A stretch of 64,000 bases of DNA from NCBI GenBank assembly GCA_015233495.1, contig JADFXQ010000003.1:5860-69859 (forward strand). The letters run 5' to 3'. The translations under genes were made by a program, and so were the position numbers. This DNA is from Candidatus Omnitrophota bacterium (GTDB taxonomy: Bacteria; Omnitrophota; Gorgyraeia; Zapsychrales; Zapsychraceae). The notes below the pieces were generated by a model. It was not told the origin of the DNA. It worked only from the letters and a program-made list of their open reading frames with translations, and made no database searches. Positions 18,624-29,769 of this stretch are shown here, piece after piece; position 1 is the first letter of the stretch; each line of letters begins with the position of its first letter.

Positions 18624-20597
18624 TTATCCCGTTTGGCTATTATTTTCCTGCAATTTAAATCCGTCAATCAGCGTCTTCGTCTTTTTGGCCAACTCACTTA
18701 AAGACGCTGCGGAAGCCGCTGCCTGTTTGGTTGACGCGGCAAACTGCTTAGTCACCGTATTGATATTCTGCATAGCCTGGACTGTCTGCTCCGAAGCCGT
18801 GCGTTGTTGTTGGGTAGCAATCGAAATTTCTTTTGCCGAACCCGCAGTCTCTTTGATCAGCTCAACCCCCTTGGCGACCCACTTCGTCGAGTCTTCAATG
18901 CCCATAATTGTCGCGTTGGTCTCCATCTGAATTTCCGTGATCAATTGCCGAATTTCTTCCGTCGATTCCGATGACCGTTCGGCCAATTTGCGGACTTCCT
19001 GAGCGACGACCGCGAACCCCCGCCCCGCCTCCCCGGCCCGAGCCGCCTCAATCGCCGCATTCAACGCCAGCAGATTCGTCTGTTCCGCAATATCGTCGAT
19101 CAATTTTGTAATATTCCCGATCGCATGCGATTTTTCACCCAGCACAACAATTTTTTTCGCTGTTGCGTCCACTTTCGTATTGATCTCTAACATTCCCGCT
19201 AAAGTCCGTTCCGCGGCCTTGGCAACATTTTCCGCGTTCTGCGCAATCTGGGTCGCGGTGGCAGCCAATTCTTTCACTGTCGTGGACGCCTGATTCACCG
19301 CCGAAGACTGTTCGGTTGATCCCGACGCCTGCTGGTGAGCGGCAGAACTGATCTGCGCCGAAGCCGTATCCAATGCGAAAGCCCCTTGTTTGACCTGTGA
19401 AATAATCCGTTCGATTTTTCCGACAAAGACATTAAACCAATTGGCCATTTCTTCCATTTCATCGCCGGAGCGAATCGCTAACCGCTTGGTCAAGTCGCCT
19501 TCCCCTTTGGCAATGTCTTTAAGCATATCCACCACCTGCCGGATCGAGGTTGTAATAATACTCACAAATAAATAAACCACCAGCGCAATCCCTCCTATGC
19601 CCAGAATCCCGAGCAAGGCGCTAAGCATCACCATGCTTTTCGTTTTAGAAAAAACCACATCTCCCGGCACCCCCACCACCAAACCCCAAGGAGTCGTGTC
19701 TTTTCCGAAAGAAATCGCGCTCACGAACATATAAAACTTTTTTTGTTGTTTGGCGGCAAACATACTAAAGGAATAGTCTTGATCCGCGCGAATGGCCGCC
19801 AGGATCCCCGCGATATGAGCAGCAGGTATATCTGGATAAATTTCTTTTAAAGGCTTCCCGACATGATTGGCATCCTGATCTCCGACTACGGTTCCGTCAT
19901 TGGCCAACAAAATCGCGAACCCGGCATCATAAGGACGAATTTTCTCGACAATAGATTGCAAACTGTCTAATGCCAAATCCACTCCCGCTACCCCGACGAA
20001 TTTGTCCGCGTTTTTGATCGGCACGACTAAGCTGGTCATTAAAACCGGTTTCCCCATAACCGGATAAAGATAAGGATTGACAACCGTTTCCTTTTGAGTT
20101 TTTTTCGCGATCAAATAATAATCGCCGGCTCCTGCTTTTTCATAATCAACCAACGGCTCAAGTTTTATTTGTCCGGTACCGCGATTCCAATAGGGGATAA
20201 AACGTCCCGTCGCATCCGTTCCTTCTGTGCCGGCAAAAGTGGAATCCCGGTTATCCAGCGCGTTCGGCTCCCAGAGCGTCCAAGCTGCCAACAAATTCTC
20301 ATTACCTTCCAATGTTTTCTTTACGGCAAGATTAAAATAAGGCCGCCGCGCAGCTTCATCAATAGATTGATAACCCGCGAAAATGCGGGCTAAGGCGCGC
20401 GACGAATCAAAGGCATTTTCAATATGAAATTTAATATCATTGCCATACTTTTGCGCCAGCTGCTCCGTTTGGATATAGGCCTCTTTTTGCAGCAGGCTGT
20501 TGGATTTCAAGGTGAGAAAGGTAATCATCAAGAAAAATAAAAGGCTCATGGATAAACAAATGACTAAATTTAATTTTGTCTTGATATCAAGTTTCAT
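18624..20597 (-). CDS. Methyl-accepting chemotaxis protein (dCache sensor, HAMP)
   Basis: Two TMs, Cache motifs (PYLY, GVAGVD), [34 protein letters not shown]. Confidence 0.96.
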   Translation of the reverse strand: MKLDIKTKLNLVICLSMSLLFFLMITFLTLKSNSLLQKEAYIQTEQLAQKYGNDIKFHIENAFDSSRALARIFAGYQSIDEAARRPYFNLAVKKTLEGNENLLAAWTLWEPNALDNRDSTFAGTEGTDATGRFIPYWNRGTGQIKLEPLVDYEKAGAGDYYLIAKKTQKETVVNPYLYPVMGKPVLMTSLVVPIKNADKFVGVAGVDLALDSLQSIVEKIRPYDAGFAILLANDGTVVGDQDANHVGKPLKEIYPDIPAAHIAGILAAIRADQDYSFSMFAAKQQKKFYMFVSAISFGKDTTPWGLVVGVPGDVVFSKTKSMVMLSALLGILGIGGIALVVYLFVSIITTSIRQVVDMLKDIAKGEGDLTKRLAIRSGDEMEEMANWFNVFVGKIERIISQVKQGAFALDTASAQISSAAHQQASGSTEQSSAVNQASTTVKELAATATQIAQNAENVAKAAERTLAGMLEINTKVDATAKKIVVLGEKSHAIGNITKLIDDIAEQTNLLALNAAIEAARAGEAGRGFAVVAQEVRKLAERSSESTEEIRQLITEIQMETNATIMGIEDSTKWVAKGVELIKETAGSAKEISIATQQQRTASEQTVQAMQNINTVTKQFAASTKQAAASAASLSELAKKTKTLIDGFKLQENNSQTG

Positions 20598-20640
20598 CGC
20601 TTCTCCCTCCTTTGAACGCCGAAAATACCTTTATTAATTT

Positions 20641-21204
20641 TCATTTCCCGGAATAAACAAAATTGTTCTCCGAGTCCGCCAAGCGCGGCGCTTGCGCGTC
20701 CTTTGACGACAATATTGGCTCAGCGATCGGCCAAACCACATTCACAACCGGATCATTCCAAAAAATACTGCGCTCGCATTCAGGCGCGTATTCATCCGAA
20801 CACATATAAATGATCTGCGCCGCTTCACTAAGCACACAAAAGCCGTGGGCAAATCCCGCCGGAATAAAAAGCATACGTTTATTGTCTTGGGATAAATTCT
20901 GGCCAACCCACTTACCATACGTCGGCGACCCCTGACGGATATCAACGGCCACGTCAAATATTTCCCCCTGCGGCACAAAGATAACTTTCGCCTGCGGTTT
21001 TGGCCGGATCTGATAATGCATGCCGCGCAAGACATTCTTACGGGAAAAAGATTGATTCAGCTGAGCCAATCCCACCTCAATTCCTGCCGCTTTAAAATCC
21101 GAAATCCGATAAAGCTCGGAGAAAAAACCGCGGCTGTCCATAAACTGCTGCAGGGTGACTACAATCACCTCCGGGATCCCGGTTTTCTCAAATACGAATG
21201 CCAT
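20641..21204 (-). CDS. rfbC: dTDP-4-dehydrorhamnose 3,5-epimerase
   Basis: DSRGFF, LRGMHYQ, VDIRQGSPTYG, GFAHGF. Confidence 0.96.
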   Translation of the reverse strand: MAFVFEKTGIPEVIVVTLQQFMDSRGFFSELYRISDFKAAGIEVGLAQLNQSFSRKNVLRGMHYQIRPKPQAKVIFVPQGEIFDVAVDIRQGSPTYGKWVGQNLSQDNKRMLFIPAGFAHGFCVLSEAAQIIYMCSDEYAPECERSIFWNDPVVNVVWPIAEPILSSKDAQAPRLADSENNFVYSGK

Positions 21205-21205
21205 A

Positions 21206-22069
21206 TTACTCCTCCGCCAACCTTAATAAATATTCGCCATAGGAAGTCTTGATCTCCCGGCCGAGCGTTTTGAGCTGATCTTTTCCTATATAACCCAACG
21301 CATAGGCGATTTCCTCAACGCACGCCACCTTAAGCCCTTGCCGATCTTCAACTGTTTTGATAAAAACTGCCGCATCAATCAAAGACTCACAAGTGCCGGT
21401 ATCCAACCAAGCGTAACCGCGGCCCAGACGTTCGACGTTCAGACAGCCGCGGCGCAGATATTCATTGTTGATATCCGTGATCTCAATCTCGCCCCGGGCA
21501 GAGGGTTTTACCTGCTTGGCAATATCCACTACCTGATTGTCATAAAAATATAAACCCGTTACTGCCCAATGCGAACACGGCTTTGGCGGTTTTTCGTTAA
21601 TCGCGATGGCCTTGCCGTTGGCATCAAAGGTGACCACGCCATAATGCTGAGGTTCCTTCACATAATAACCGAACACGGTCGCCCCGGACGGCCTTGCCGC
21701 CGCAGTCGAGAGCAATGCGGACATCCCGTGTCCAAAGAAAATATTGTCACCCAGAATCAAAGCCGCGTTATCTGCGCCAATAAAAGCCTCGCCTACCAAG
21801 AACGCGTCTGCTAAACCGCGCGGCTGGGCTTGTTCGGCATAGGAAATATTCAGGCCCAGCCGACTTCCATCCGAAAATAAATTTCTAAACTGCGGCAAAG
21901 CCGCTGGCGTGGAAATGATCAAAATATCCCGAATCCCGGCCAGCATCAACACTGAAAGTGGATAATAAATCATCGGCTTGTCGTAAACCGGCAACAATTG
22001 TTTTGAAACGACCTGAGTGATCGGATACAGCCGGGTAGCTAACCCGCCGGCAAGAATAATCCCTTTCAT
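21206..22069 (-). CDS. rfbA: Glucose-1-phosphate thymidylyltransferase
   Basis: [39 protein letters not shown]. Confidence 0.97.
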   Translation of the reverse strand: MKGIILAGGLATRLYPITQVVSKQLLPVYDKPMIYYPLSVLMLAGIRDILIISTPAALPQFRNLFSDGSRLGLNISYAEQAQPRGLADAFLVGEAFIGADNAALILGDNIFFGHGMSALLSTAAARPSGATVFGYYVKEPQHYGVVTFDANGKAIAINEKPPKPCSHWAVTGLYFYDNQVVDIAKQVKPSARGEIEITDINNEYLRRGCLNVERLGRGYAWLDTGTCESLIDAAVFIKTVEDRQGLKVACVEEIAYALGYIGKDQLKTLGREIKTSYGEYLLRLAEE

Positions 22070-22079
22070 TTTTCTCCTC

Positions 22080-22991
22080 TCATCGCATCCGGCCGTTTTT
22101 AATTATATCCGCAGCCGAACATTTTCTACCCCGAATCCCGTCGAGCAACCCGCGCCGCAATGCCGCGAGTTTATTTTGCTTATCTTGCTCAAAGAAAGCC
22201 ACGATAAAAAATTTATACGCGATATAAGCAATATATACCGTCGAAAGTCCGAATTCCTTAAAAAAGTTTTCTTTAATTATCCAAATCAAATTGCGGGTGA
22301 TCAGATAGCACCGTTTCGCCACATGATTATTGGCCGTGACCTTAATCCCGGTGCCCGGAATTCGATGCGCCGTTTTGCGGCCCAATTCGTGTTCCAGCAT
22401 CGGCCGCGCATACATAAAATTTTTCCGGCCGCAACGACGCACCCTTATACAAAAATCGTGGTCGAACCAATCCAAAAAAAACTCTTCTTGAAACCGGCCG
22501 GCCTCCCGATAGGTTTCGATGGAAAAAAAGCTCCCGGAAGAAATCATCACTTTTACTTCCGCCCACTGATCATCGTATTTTTTGCCGGGGATCTCCGCTC
22601 CCAGTGTCCCGGTATTGACATCCAGATACCGGGCGTTCATGACCCCTACCCGGCATCCGGCCAGTTCGCTTTGTAAAGCAGCCGTATAAATCGCGACTAA
22701 CCCGTCAAATACGCGAGTATCATCGTCCAAAGTCAATATCCATTCATACCCCTGCCCCGCCGCCCAATCAACCCCCTGATTCAAAGCCGCCGCAATCCCC
22801 GCATTCGCCGGATTTTTTATTATATGACAACCCCGAGTGTGCAGCTGCGCTAAAATCCCGGCCGCGCTCTCATCGCCAGTATTGTCAACGACCGCCACTT
22901 TTTTAACCTGGGCCAAAACCGTATCCAAACGTTCCGGCAAAGACGGTTCCGGATAGTAAGTAACAACAACTGCGGCAACAGATGATATCAT
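22080..22991 (-). CDS. GT2 rhamnosyltransferase-like
   Basis: [38 protein letters not shown]. Confidence 0.8.
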   Translation of the reverse strand: MISSVAAVVVTYYPEPSLPERLDTVLAQVKKVAVVDNTGDESAAGILAQLHTRGCHIIKNPANAGIAAALNQGVDWAAGQGYEWILTLDDDTRVFDGLVAIYTAALQSELAGCRVGVMNARYLDVNTGTLGAEIPGKKYDDQWAEVKVMISSGSFFSIETYREAGRFQEEFFLDWFDHDFCIRVRRCGRKNFMYARPMLEHELGRKTAHRIPGTGIKVTANNHVAKRCYLITRNLIWIIKENFFKEFGLSTVYIAYIAYKFFIVAFFEQDKQNKLAALRRGLLDGIRGRKCSAADIIKNGRMR

Positions 22992-22995
22992 GCCT

Positions 22996-24726
22996 TCAAC
23001 AACCTCTTTTATATAATTTATTAACTATTTCGCGCCATTTCCAAACGAAAAATCTAATCTGAAAAATATGCCGCCACCCGGCAGAATATAACAAGCGGTG
23101 ATTATTAAGAACGTTTTGAAAAAGATTCATTCTGCTATATTTAGCCATATCATTACGGCTTTGATTCGACGCATGCTTATAATAATTCAAAAGCGCTTCG
23201 GGAATATATTTCCCTTTACTTCCCTTCTCTACCATAGAAAGGTATAAATCCCAATCTTCATAACCTTGACCCATATTGGCCTTATACCCCCCAGCGGACT
23301 CGAAAGCTTCTCTTTTTATCAAAGCGCTGTTATGAATATAATTTTCCCAACGAAGATAAACTCTATTAAATGGCCGTGATTTAAATGTGCCATTTTTAAA
23401 TCCACAATAATTCATATCGGAATAAAAAAAATCACAAGAAGTATTTTGGTAATATGCCTCTAGATACCGTTCAATCGCATCATTTCTTAACGTATCGTCA
23501 GCATCCAAAAAAAGAATAAATTTACCGGTAGAATATCGAAAGCCGTTATTCCGAGCAGCGATAACCCCTTGATTATTTTGCGCCAATAAAGTCACCGAAT
23601 ATTTTTTAATTTCACCAATTGAATCATCTGTCGAGCCGTCATCAACAACAATAATTTCGTGTGGTCGTATCGTCTGTTCCAGCGCGCTAAGAATCGCCCG
23701 CCCAACATAATTTTTATAGTTATAATTAACAATAATCACGCTAACGGTTTCTTTTTTTAACGAAAATATTTTATGATTATAAAACCCTTTTGAAATAATA
23801 CTCCTGCGTTGATCATGCAGATCTCGCCAATGAACGATGATCCAAAGAAAAGCTCGGAATTTTGCGCGGATAATGGTTCGGAAACGCTCATTCATAAAGA
23901 AGCTCAAGCTAGATGCCCCGCAAGCGATAAGACCTTGCGCAAAAAAATCTTTTATAAGACGTTTATAATAGGGTTGATCAAAATTACGAATAGCAAAAAT
24001 AATCCGATTGCGATACATATGATAAAAATAGAAATATGAATCTGGTCCCGCACTTTTCGCAATCTGATGCCAAACACAAGCTTTTGGTTCGTAAACAATT
24101 TTATAGCCGTTTCGTATTGCCCGGGCAAACAAATCCGTTTCTTCATAATAAGCGAAAAAAACCGGCTCCAAGAATCCAATTTCATCAATAAGTTTTCTTT
24201 TTATCAATACAGCGCATCCCGATATGGAATCCGCATCAAATTGTGTTCCCTCTTGATTCATTAACGTCTCGGCGGATCCTGTCCAGGGATTAATAACTTG
24301 ATAGGAATAATACGGATTATTTTTATCAAAAGACGCGTTGTGTGAATCCCAGATATACGCCCGCCCTCCGACGACGCCAATCTTGGGATCTTCTTGCGCC
24401 CGTTTCACCAGCGCGCTCAACCATTGAGGATCAACTACAACATCGTTATTTAATAAAATAATATATTGCCCATGGCAAATTTTTAACCCTTCAATGTTTC
24501 CTCCCGTAAAACCTAAATTTTTTTCATTTTCAATGAATCTAATAGGAAAAAAATACCGGCTTTCCGTGAGGTGGTCTTTAAGAATTCCCGGCGATCCATC
24601 TCTGGAACCATTATCAATTAAAATCACTTCAAAATCTTTGTGCGCCAATAAGGAAAGGGACTGTAAACATTTTTTAGTGTCTTCGTATTTATTCCAATTC
24701 AAAATTATGATTGAACAATACGGCAT
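22996..24726 (-). CDS. Bifunctional (double GT2) glycosyltransferase
   Basis: Two GT-A domains (IDNGSRD/LNND/YEETD and VDDGSTD/LDADD/YEDWD). AT-rich DNA. Confidence 0.88.
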   Translation of the reverse strand: MPYCSIIILNWNKYEDTKKCLQSLSLLAHKDFEVILIDNGSRDGSPGILKDHLTESRYFFPIRFIENEKNLGFTGGNIEGLKICHGQYIILLNNDVVVDPQWLSALVKRAQEDPKIGVVGGRAYIWDSHNASFDKNNPYYSYQVINPWTGSAETLMNQEGTQFDADSISGCAVLIKRKLIDEIGFLEPVFFAYYEETDLFARAIRNGYKIVYEPKACVWHQIAKSAGPDSYFYFYHMYRNRIIFAIRNFDQPYYKRLIKDFFAQGLIACGASSLSFFMNERFRTIIRAKFRAFLWIIVHWRDLHDQRRSIISKGFYNHKIFSLKKETVSVIIVNYNYKNYVGRAILSALEQTIRPHEIIVVDDGSTDDSIGEIKKYSVTLLAQNNQGVIAARNNGFRYSTGKFILFLDADDTLRNDAIERYLEAYYQNTSCDFFYSDMNYCGFKNGTFKSRPFNRVYLRWENYIHNSALIKREAFESAGGYKANMGQGYEDWDLYLSMVEKGSKGKYIPEALLNYYKHASNQSRNDMAKYSRMNLFQNVLNNHRLLYSAGWRHIFQIRFFVWKWREIVNKLYKRGC

Positions 24727-24768
24727 AATTTTCCCAATAACTTCTTGAAGCTCGGCATCGAATGAGTG

Positions 24769-26151
24769 TTACATAAGTCTATGCTGTATTTTTTCTAATA
24801 TTAATAATTCGCGATGTTTTAACCAATTTTCATCGTCATCCATTTTGACAGAGAATAAACACTTGGTTTGATAACCCTGTGATATCGCAAATTCTTCAAC
24901 ATCCTTTAATATTGGCAAGAATTTTCTTACAGTTTCGAAAACAACAATTTCCGGTTCAAATTTTGAAATGATGGTTTTTATTGATCCCAGCAGAGTTTTA
25001 CTCTCCAATGATTCTTTAGTGATCTCGTATCCTCCATAACCCAAAACCACCAAGATATCCACCTTGGTGAGCGCTTGGATAAAATCATCATCTTTTTTTA
25101 AATAAAAAATTGACCGCTCCGTCAGGGCCGGGAATAAATTGCGGATATCATTGCCAATATATTGCCGATAGGTGTCTGGTATATACTTAAGAAGCGGGGC
25201 GTGTCCACAATCAAGATCAACAATAATTTTTTCTTTTACTTTATCGCGTAAATACCCTGCCGCGAGCCAGACGCGATAATCCATTTTTTCATCGAATAAA
25301 TACGCCCATACATCGTTCTTTCTGCAAATCAAACGGATAAGTTGATGCTGGGTGTTATCTTCCTGAATATATATCGCTTCTTCCTCAACAACCGCAAAAT
25401 ACCTCCCGATCGTTTTTAGAAGATACTTTTTATTAAAAAAATACTGAACATTCGGATCCGGCGTATTAACTTCCTGATTGATACATATTGAATCGCTAAT
25501 ATCCGCCCAGACAACTAAAAGTAAAATTCCCGTCCGTTTCAAAACCTTGTTATATTCAGAAAAAAGTTTTTCCAAATCAATCGGATTAATATGATCAGCC
25601 GTAGATAAATCAATAACACAATCAAAAGCTCCCTTATCAAAATTGAGGCGTCTAATATCGCCGGTTTCAAAACTGCAGGGAATAGTTTTTAACTCGCCTA
25701 TTTTTAACTTGGCCTTATCTTTAACTTGTTCCTGAATTTCAATTGCGTGAATCCTGCCGGCGCGTTTAAGCGAACCAATAATCCCCCCAGCCAGCGGCAA
25801 AGCCTCGGCCTCATTAAACAGATCCGTTTTTAAAACCACTGCTTCCTGGGAACCCAGAGAATCAATCACTCTTTGACTCTCCAATAAATAGTAGAGCCGC
25901 ACTTCCTCAACGGTTTTAAATGGATATTTTATCAGCCATAAATATTTTTCCCGTCGCCAAATCAATTTGCCCAATATTTTATGCTGTTTTTGTAATAAAA
26001 CATATATGCAAAGCAAGAATTTTTTGCCAGTGCTGGCGGAAAAAAAAATTAAAATATGATTTAACAGATTCGCAATAAATTTCCTCTGGCTGGGAGTCAA
26101 AATTTTTATTAAAAATCCTTTAACAGCTCTATATAACCATTTAATCATCAA
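24769..26151 (-). CDS. SAM-dependent methyltransferase-like protein, probably two domains
   Basis: GDIRRLNFDKGAFDCV...LKRTG and a second VDLDCG motif. AT-rich. Confidence 0.6.
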   Translation of the reverse strand: MMIKWLYRAVKGFLIKILTPSQRKFIANLLNHILIFFSASTGKKFLLCIYVLLQKQHKILGKLIWRREKYLWLIKYPFKTVEEVRLYYLLESQRVIDSLGSQEAVVLKTDLFNEAEALPLAGGIIGSLKRAGRIHAIEIQEQVKDKAKLKIGELKTIPCSFETGDIRRLNFDKGAFDCVIDLSTADHINPIDLEKLFSEYNKVLKRTGILLLVVWADISDSICINQEVNTPDPNVQYFFNKKYLLKTIGRYFAVVEEEAIYIQEDNTQHQLIRLICRKNDVWAYLFDEKMDYRVWLAAGYLRDKVKEKIIVDLDCGHAPLLKYIPDTYRQYIGNDIRNLFPALTERSIFYLKKDDDFIQALTKVDILVVLGYGGYEITKESLESKTLLGSIKTIISKFEPEIVVFETVRKFLPILKDVEEFAISQGYQTKCLFSVKMDDDENWLKHRELLILEKIQHRLM

Positions 26152-26175
26152 ATATGCTCCGCACTCACCATCTAA

Positions 26176-26907
26176 TTATTGGGCCAAATACGAACAAAAG
26201 ATATTCTCCATATCTTCCCCCGCTTGCTCAACCTTCCCATGCCCCATCAGAATCACCTTTGTACACAATTGCTTTAAGATCGGGAGGTCGTGGCTGACCG
26301 TCAACAAAGTCCGGCCTTCTTTGGAAAATTCCAGGAGTTTGGCGCGGGATTGTTTTTGAAACTCGTCGTCTCCTACCGCGATTACCTCGTCCAACAGCAG
26401 AATATCAGCGTCGGCATGCGCGGCCACCGCGAAAGCCAATCTCAAATACATACCGTTGGAATAATATTTTATCGGGGTGTCGATGAACTGGCCGATTCCG
26501 GAAAAATCCACAATGCGGTCGAATTTCTGTTTGATCTCGCTGGTCGTCATACCGATAATAACTCCATTTAGGAAAACATTCTCCCTTCCGGTAAGTTCAG
26601 GATGAAAACCGCTGCCGATCTCAATGATCGAACCCACCCGGCCGCGCAACCTCGCCTCACCGGCAGTCGGCGCGATAATCCGGGCCAGAATCCTGAGCAA
26701 CGTGGTTTTCCCTGAGCCATTCGCGCCGATAATCGCGACGCGCTCGCCGCAAGCAACCTTAAATGTCACCTCGCGCAAAGCCCAAAACGAATCGTCTTGC
26801 CGGGCGCCGGGACGTATGCCCCGCAGCCGGTCCATAAACCGCGAGCGCCGGGAACGATCCGCGAGATGAAAACATTTGCTCAATTGATCAATTTCAATCG
26901 CGTTCAT
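26176..26907 (-). CDS. wzt: Polysaccharide ABC exporter ATPase (Wzt/TagH)
   Basis: GANGSGKTT, FHPELTGREN, YSNGM, LLDE. No C-terminal carbohydrate-binding domain. Confidence 0.9.
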   Translation of the reverse strand: MNAIEIDQLSKCFHLADRSRRSRFMDRLRGIRPGARQDDSFWALREVTFKVACGERVAIIGANGSGKTTLLRILARIIAPTAGEARLRGRVGSIIEIGSGFHPELTGRENVFLNGVIIGMTTSEIKQKFDRIVDFSGIGQFIDTPIKYYSNGMYLRLAFAVAAHADADILLLDEVIAVGDDEFQKQSRAKLLEFSKEGRTLLTVSHDLPILKQLCTKVILMGHGKVEQAGEDMENIFCSYLAQ

Positions 26908-27734
26908 AAAATATCCGCCATGTTCTGATCCTGCTTGTAAAAAAAACAGATACCTGCCGTAAAAATGATGGTCGTCAGGATTAAAGAAATCAGATAAGCA
27001 TCCCAGTGCACCGGGACCTTGCCCGCTAAAAGCGACCAGCGAAACACTTCGATCAATCCGACCATAGGATTAAGATAAAAAACATACCGGATTTCATCCG
27101 GGATCAAACTGGTGCTATATCCAATCGGAGAAACAAAAAAACCGATCTGTATCATAAACGGCACAATAAAAATAACGTCCCGCCAATAAACCGCCAAAAC
27201 GGATAAAAAATAAACCACTCCCAAAGTCAGAATACCCGTATGTAAAATCAAAAAAGGAACCAATAAAATGTGCGCATCCATCCCGACGCCGAAAAATAAA
27301 GCCAAAAAAATAAATGCCAGCCCCGTCAACAAAGCGTCGCTGAGATGGATCAAAATTGATGTGGTCGGAATAAGCAGGCGGGGAAAATATGTGCGGCGCA
27401 GCATCGCGGCATTATCGATTAAAGACGAAGCGCCAACCGCCAGCGTATTGGCAAAAAGCATCCAGGGCAAAAGCGCCGAAAGAACCAGCAATGAATAGGG
27501 CAAGCCGTCGGAAGGAAGCTTCGCAACTTTCCCAAACACAATCACAAACACCACCATGGTTAAAAGCGGACGCAAAACACTCCATCCCAGCCCCAAAGCC
27601 GCGTGTTTATACCTGACCAAGAGATCTCTCCAAGCCAACATGAAAAGAATTTCCCGCCCGGCGCAAGCATCTTTTAAATAAGAACCAAAATGCTTTTTAG
27701 AATTGATGATTGTTTCCGAAACCTTGTTTTGCAT
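26904..27734 (-). CDS. wzm: Polysaccharide ABC exporter permease (Wzm)
   Basis: RDLLVRYK..LGLGW, YFPR, LNPM. Confidence 0.9.
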   Translation of the reverse strand: MQNKVSETIINSKKHFGSYLKDACAGREILFMLAWRDLLVRYKHAALGLGWSVLRPLLTMVVFVIVFGKVAKLPSDGLPYSLLVLSALLPWMLFANTLAVGASSLIDNAAMLRRTYFPRLLIPTTSILIHLSDALLTGLAFIFLALFFGVGMDAHILLVPFLILHTGILTLGVVYFLSVLAVYWRDVIFIVPFMIQIGFFVSPIGYSTSLIPDEIRYVFYLNPMVGLIEVFRWSLLAGKVPVHWDAYLISLILTTIIFTAGICFFYKQDQNMADIL

Positions 27735-27861
27735 AGGTCGAATAAAAAAAACTCTTTCAATGAATTAGTCGTCTGAAATTTTCTTAATCAGCAGCGGAAT
27801 GCTGATTGCCCCGTTCATATAGCAATCCCAAACCCTAAAAATGATTCGAATATTATAAACG

Positions 27862-28605
27862 CTATTTCCGGATCGTCCAAAAATCCCGCGCCAGGGTTTC
27901 GAGATATTCGAAGGGTATGGTGAAATATCCTTCCCTTCCCCAGGCCGCTCCCCAGGAATTGCGGACCAAGAACCTTTTGGCTTTTTGGTCATAGCCGACC
28001 GCCATCACTGCGTGGCCGCCCAGCAAACGCTCAGTCTTTTTCGGCATCAGGGCTGTCCCGGTACGCGCCACAGCCGGGGAAGCGAAACTTTCATAAACCG
28101 CCATGCCAAAAACAAAAGGAAAACCGTCCGCCAAACAAGCAAACATATCGTCCAGCGAACTTAACCGGTGATAAGAAACGATCTTATGTTGTAAAGCCTG
28201 CCGATAGCACGCGGCAGTGGGTTTGTCGGCAAATTTATCAACCGCATACGGCCAAATTTCTTCATGACAAACGCCTTGTTTTGCCAAAGTCTGAATGCCG
28301 TCGCGCAGCATCGCGCCCGAATCAACCGCCGCGGTTTTATGCAACACTCTTTCATTATAATAAATGAACAGCCGGCTGACATCCGCGTACATTTGATCCG
28401 CGGCATAATCTAAATATTCAATGTTTCCCGCCAAGGCCTGAGCCGTGCAGCTGCCTAATTTACCTTGATCTTCGACGGGAGAACAGCCGAAACGCAAATC
28501 AACCGCCGGCGGCAAACGCAACCGCGGCCGTATCGCTTTATATAAAAAATCCCGACTGTCCGGCACATCCGGCAGCCAACCGTAACGACGTTCAATCATC
28601 CGCAT
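27862..28605 (-). CDS. Papain-like C1 cysteine peptidase (xylellain-like)
   Basis: YGWLPD, DQGKLGSC, GGHAV, VRNSWG. Confidence 0.92.
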   Translation of the reverse strand: MRMIERRYGWLPDVPDSRDFLYKAIRPRLRLPPAVDLRFGCSPVEDQGKLGSCTAQALAGNIEYLDYAADQMYADVSRLFIYYNERVLHKTAAVDSGAMLRDGIQTLAKQGVCHEEIWPYAVDKFADKPTAACYRQALQHKIVSYHRLSSLDDMFACLADGFPFVFGMAVYESFASPAVARTGTALMPKKTERLLGGHAVMAVGYDQKAKRFLVRNSWGAAWGREGYFTIPFEYLETLARDFWTIRK

Positions 28606-28654
28606 TTTTCTCCCCCTTTCTCCCGTCTTAAGAACAAAAATTTTATTTGCCTCT

Positions 28655-28864
28655 TTTGAATTCCGAATGGGTAAGTAAGGCTAATAATTGTTTTCTTCTG
28701 ACACAATAAGGGTTTTTTGGCCAAAAGTCTGCAAGGTTTTACGGCGAGCTTTCCGCGTTTAAAAATCGCGATAGAAAGCTTGCCGTAAACCGAAGCAGAC
28801 GGCCAAAATAACCCGTGGCAGCAGAAAACAATTATTAGCCTTACTTACCCATTCGAAATTCAAA
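28655..28864. repeat. 210-bp imperfect palindrome (MITE-like or long hairpin)
   Basis: Outer ~42 bp are an inverted repeat with 1 mismatch, and pairing continues almost to the centre. Confidence 0.85.
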
Positions 28865-28872
28865 GGAACCTT

Positions 28873-29769
28873 TTATTTTAAGCCATAAACGATCCAACCG
28901 CAGACGCCAACCCAGCAAATTACATTCAATAACAAGGGCCTGTCCGTAACTAATATTTCACCCGGATCACCGCCGCGGTTATGGATGTGAACGAGATAAA
29001 GATAACGAAATATGCCATAGATCACAAACACAACCGTATAGGGCATAAAATGTCCTCCCGGCCGGGCCGCCACCTCTGGTGAAATTGTGTATAAGCCGTA
29101 AAAGACAATCGCCAAGGTCGAACAAATCAATAAAATCTGGTCTAAAAAATACAAGGAATACTCCGCGAGAACGCCGCGGTGTTGACCGGCCTGGTCTTTT
29201 AAAAGTCCCAGTTCATCCCGGCGTTTGGCGAATCCTAAAAACAGCGCCAAAAGAAAAACGCAAAACTGCAGCCATAAAGACGGATAAACTTCCGCCGCGA
29301 ACGCGCCCAGCCAAACCCGGATTTGAAAACCAAAAGCCACGAAAAAGGCGTCGAGAATCACTACGCGCTTGATTAAAAAATTGTAAAAAAAATACAAAAG
29401 GCAATAAATGCCGATCGGGATCAGCGTGCCTGGATCCGCCAAAAAACAAATGCCGCTGCCGCTCAACGCGAGTAAACCCGCCAAGCTAAAAATCAAAGCA
29501 GCTGAAACGTCGTGCCGAGCGATAACCCGCTGGGCTTTTAACGGATGCTTTTTGTCCTGTTCCCGGTCGAGAAAATCATTAAGAACATAACCGCCGCTGC
29601 ACAGCAGACTGAAACCCGCGAAAGCAATGACACAATTTAAAAATCCGCCGCCGTGAAATAACTGCCCGGAAAACAACAAAGGAAAAAAAATAAACGCGTT
29701 TTTCACCCATTGTTTGACCCGCAGCAGGTCGTAAATGAGAATAATTTTTTGCAGCATTTGCCCCTCCAT
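28873..29769 (-). CDS. UbiA family decaprenyl-phosphate phosphoribosyltransferase-like
   Basis: RVKQWVKN, NDFLDREQDKKHP, KRRDE, GDP. Confidence 0.88.
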   Translation of the reverse strand: MEGQMLQKIILIYDLLRVKQWVKNAFIFFPLLFSGQLFHGGGFLNCVIAFAGFSLLCSGGYVLNDFLDREQDKKHPLKAQRVIARHDVSAALIFSLAGLLALSGSGICFLADPGTLIPIGIYCLLYFFYNFLIKRVVILDAFFVAFGFQIRVWLGAFAAEVYPSLWLQFCVFLLALFLGFAKRRDELGLLKDQAGQHRGVLAEYSLYFLDQILLICSTLAIVFYGLYTISPEVAARPGGHFMPYTVVFVIYGIFRYLYLVHIHNRGGDPGEILVTDRPLLLNVICWVGVCGWIVYGLK

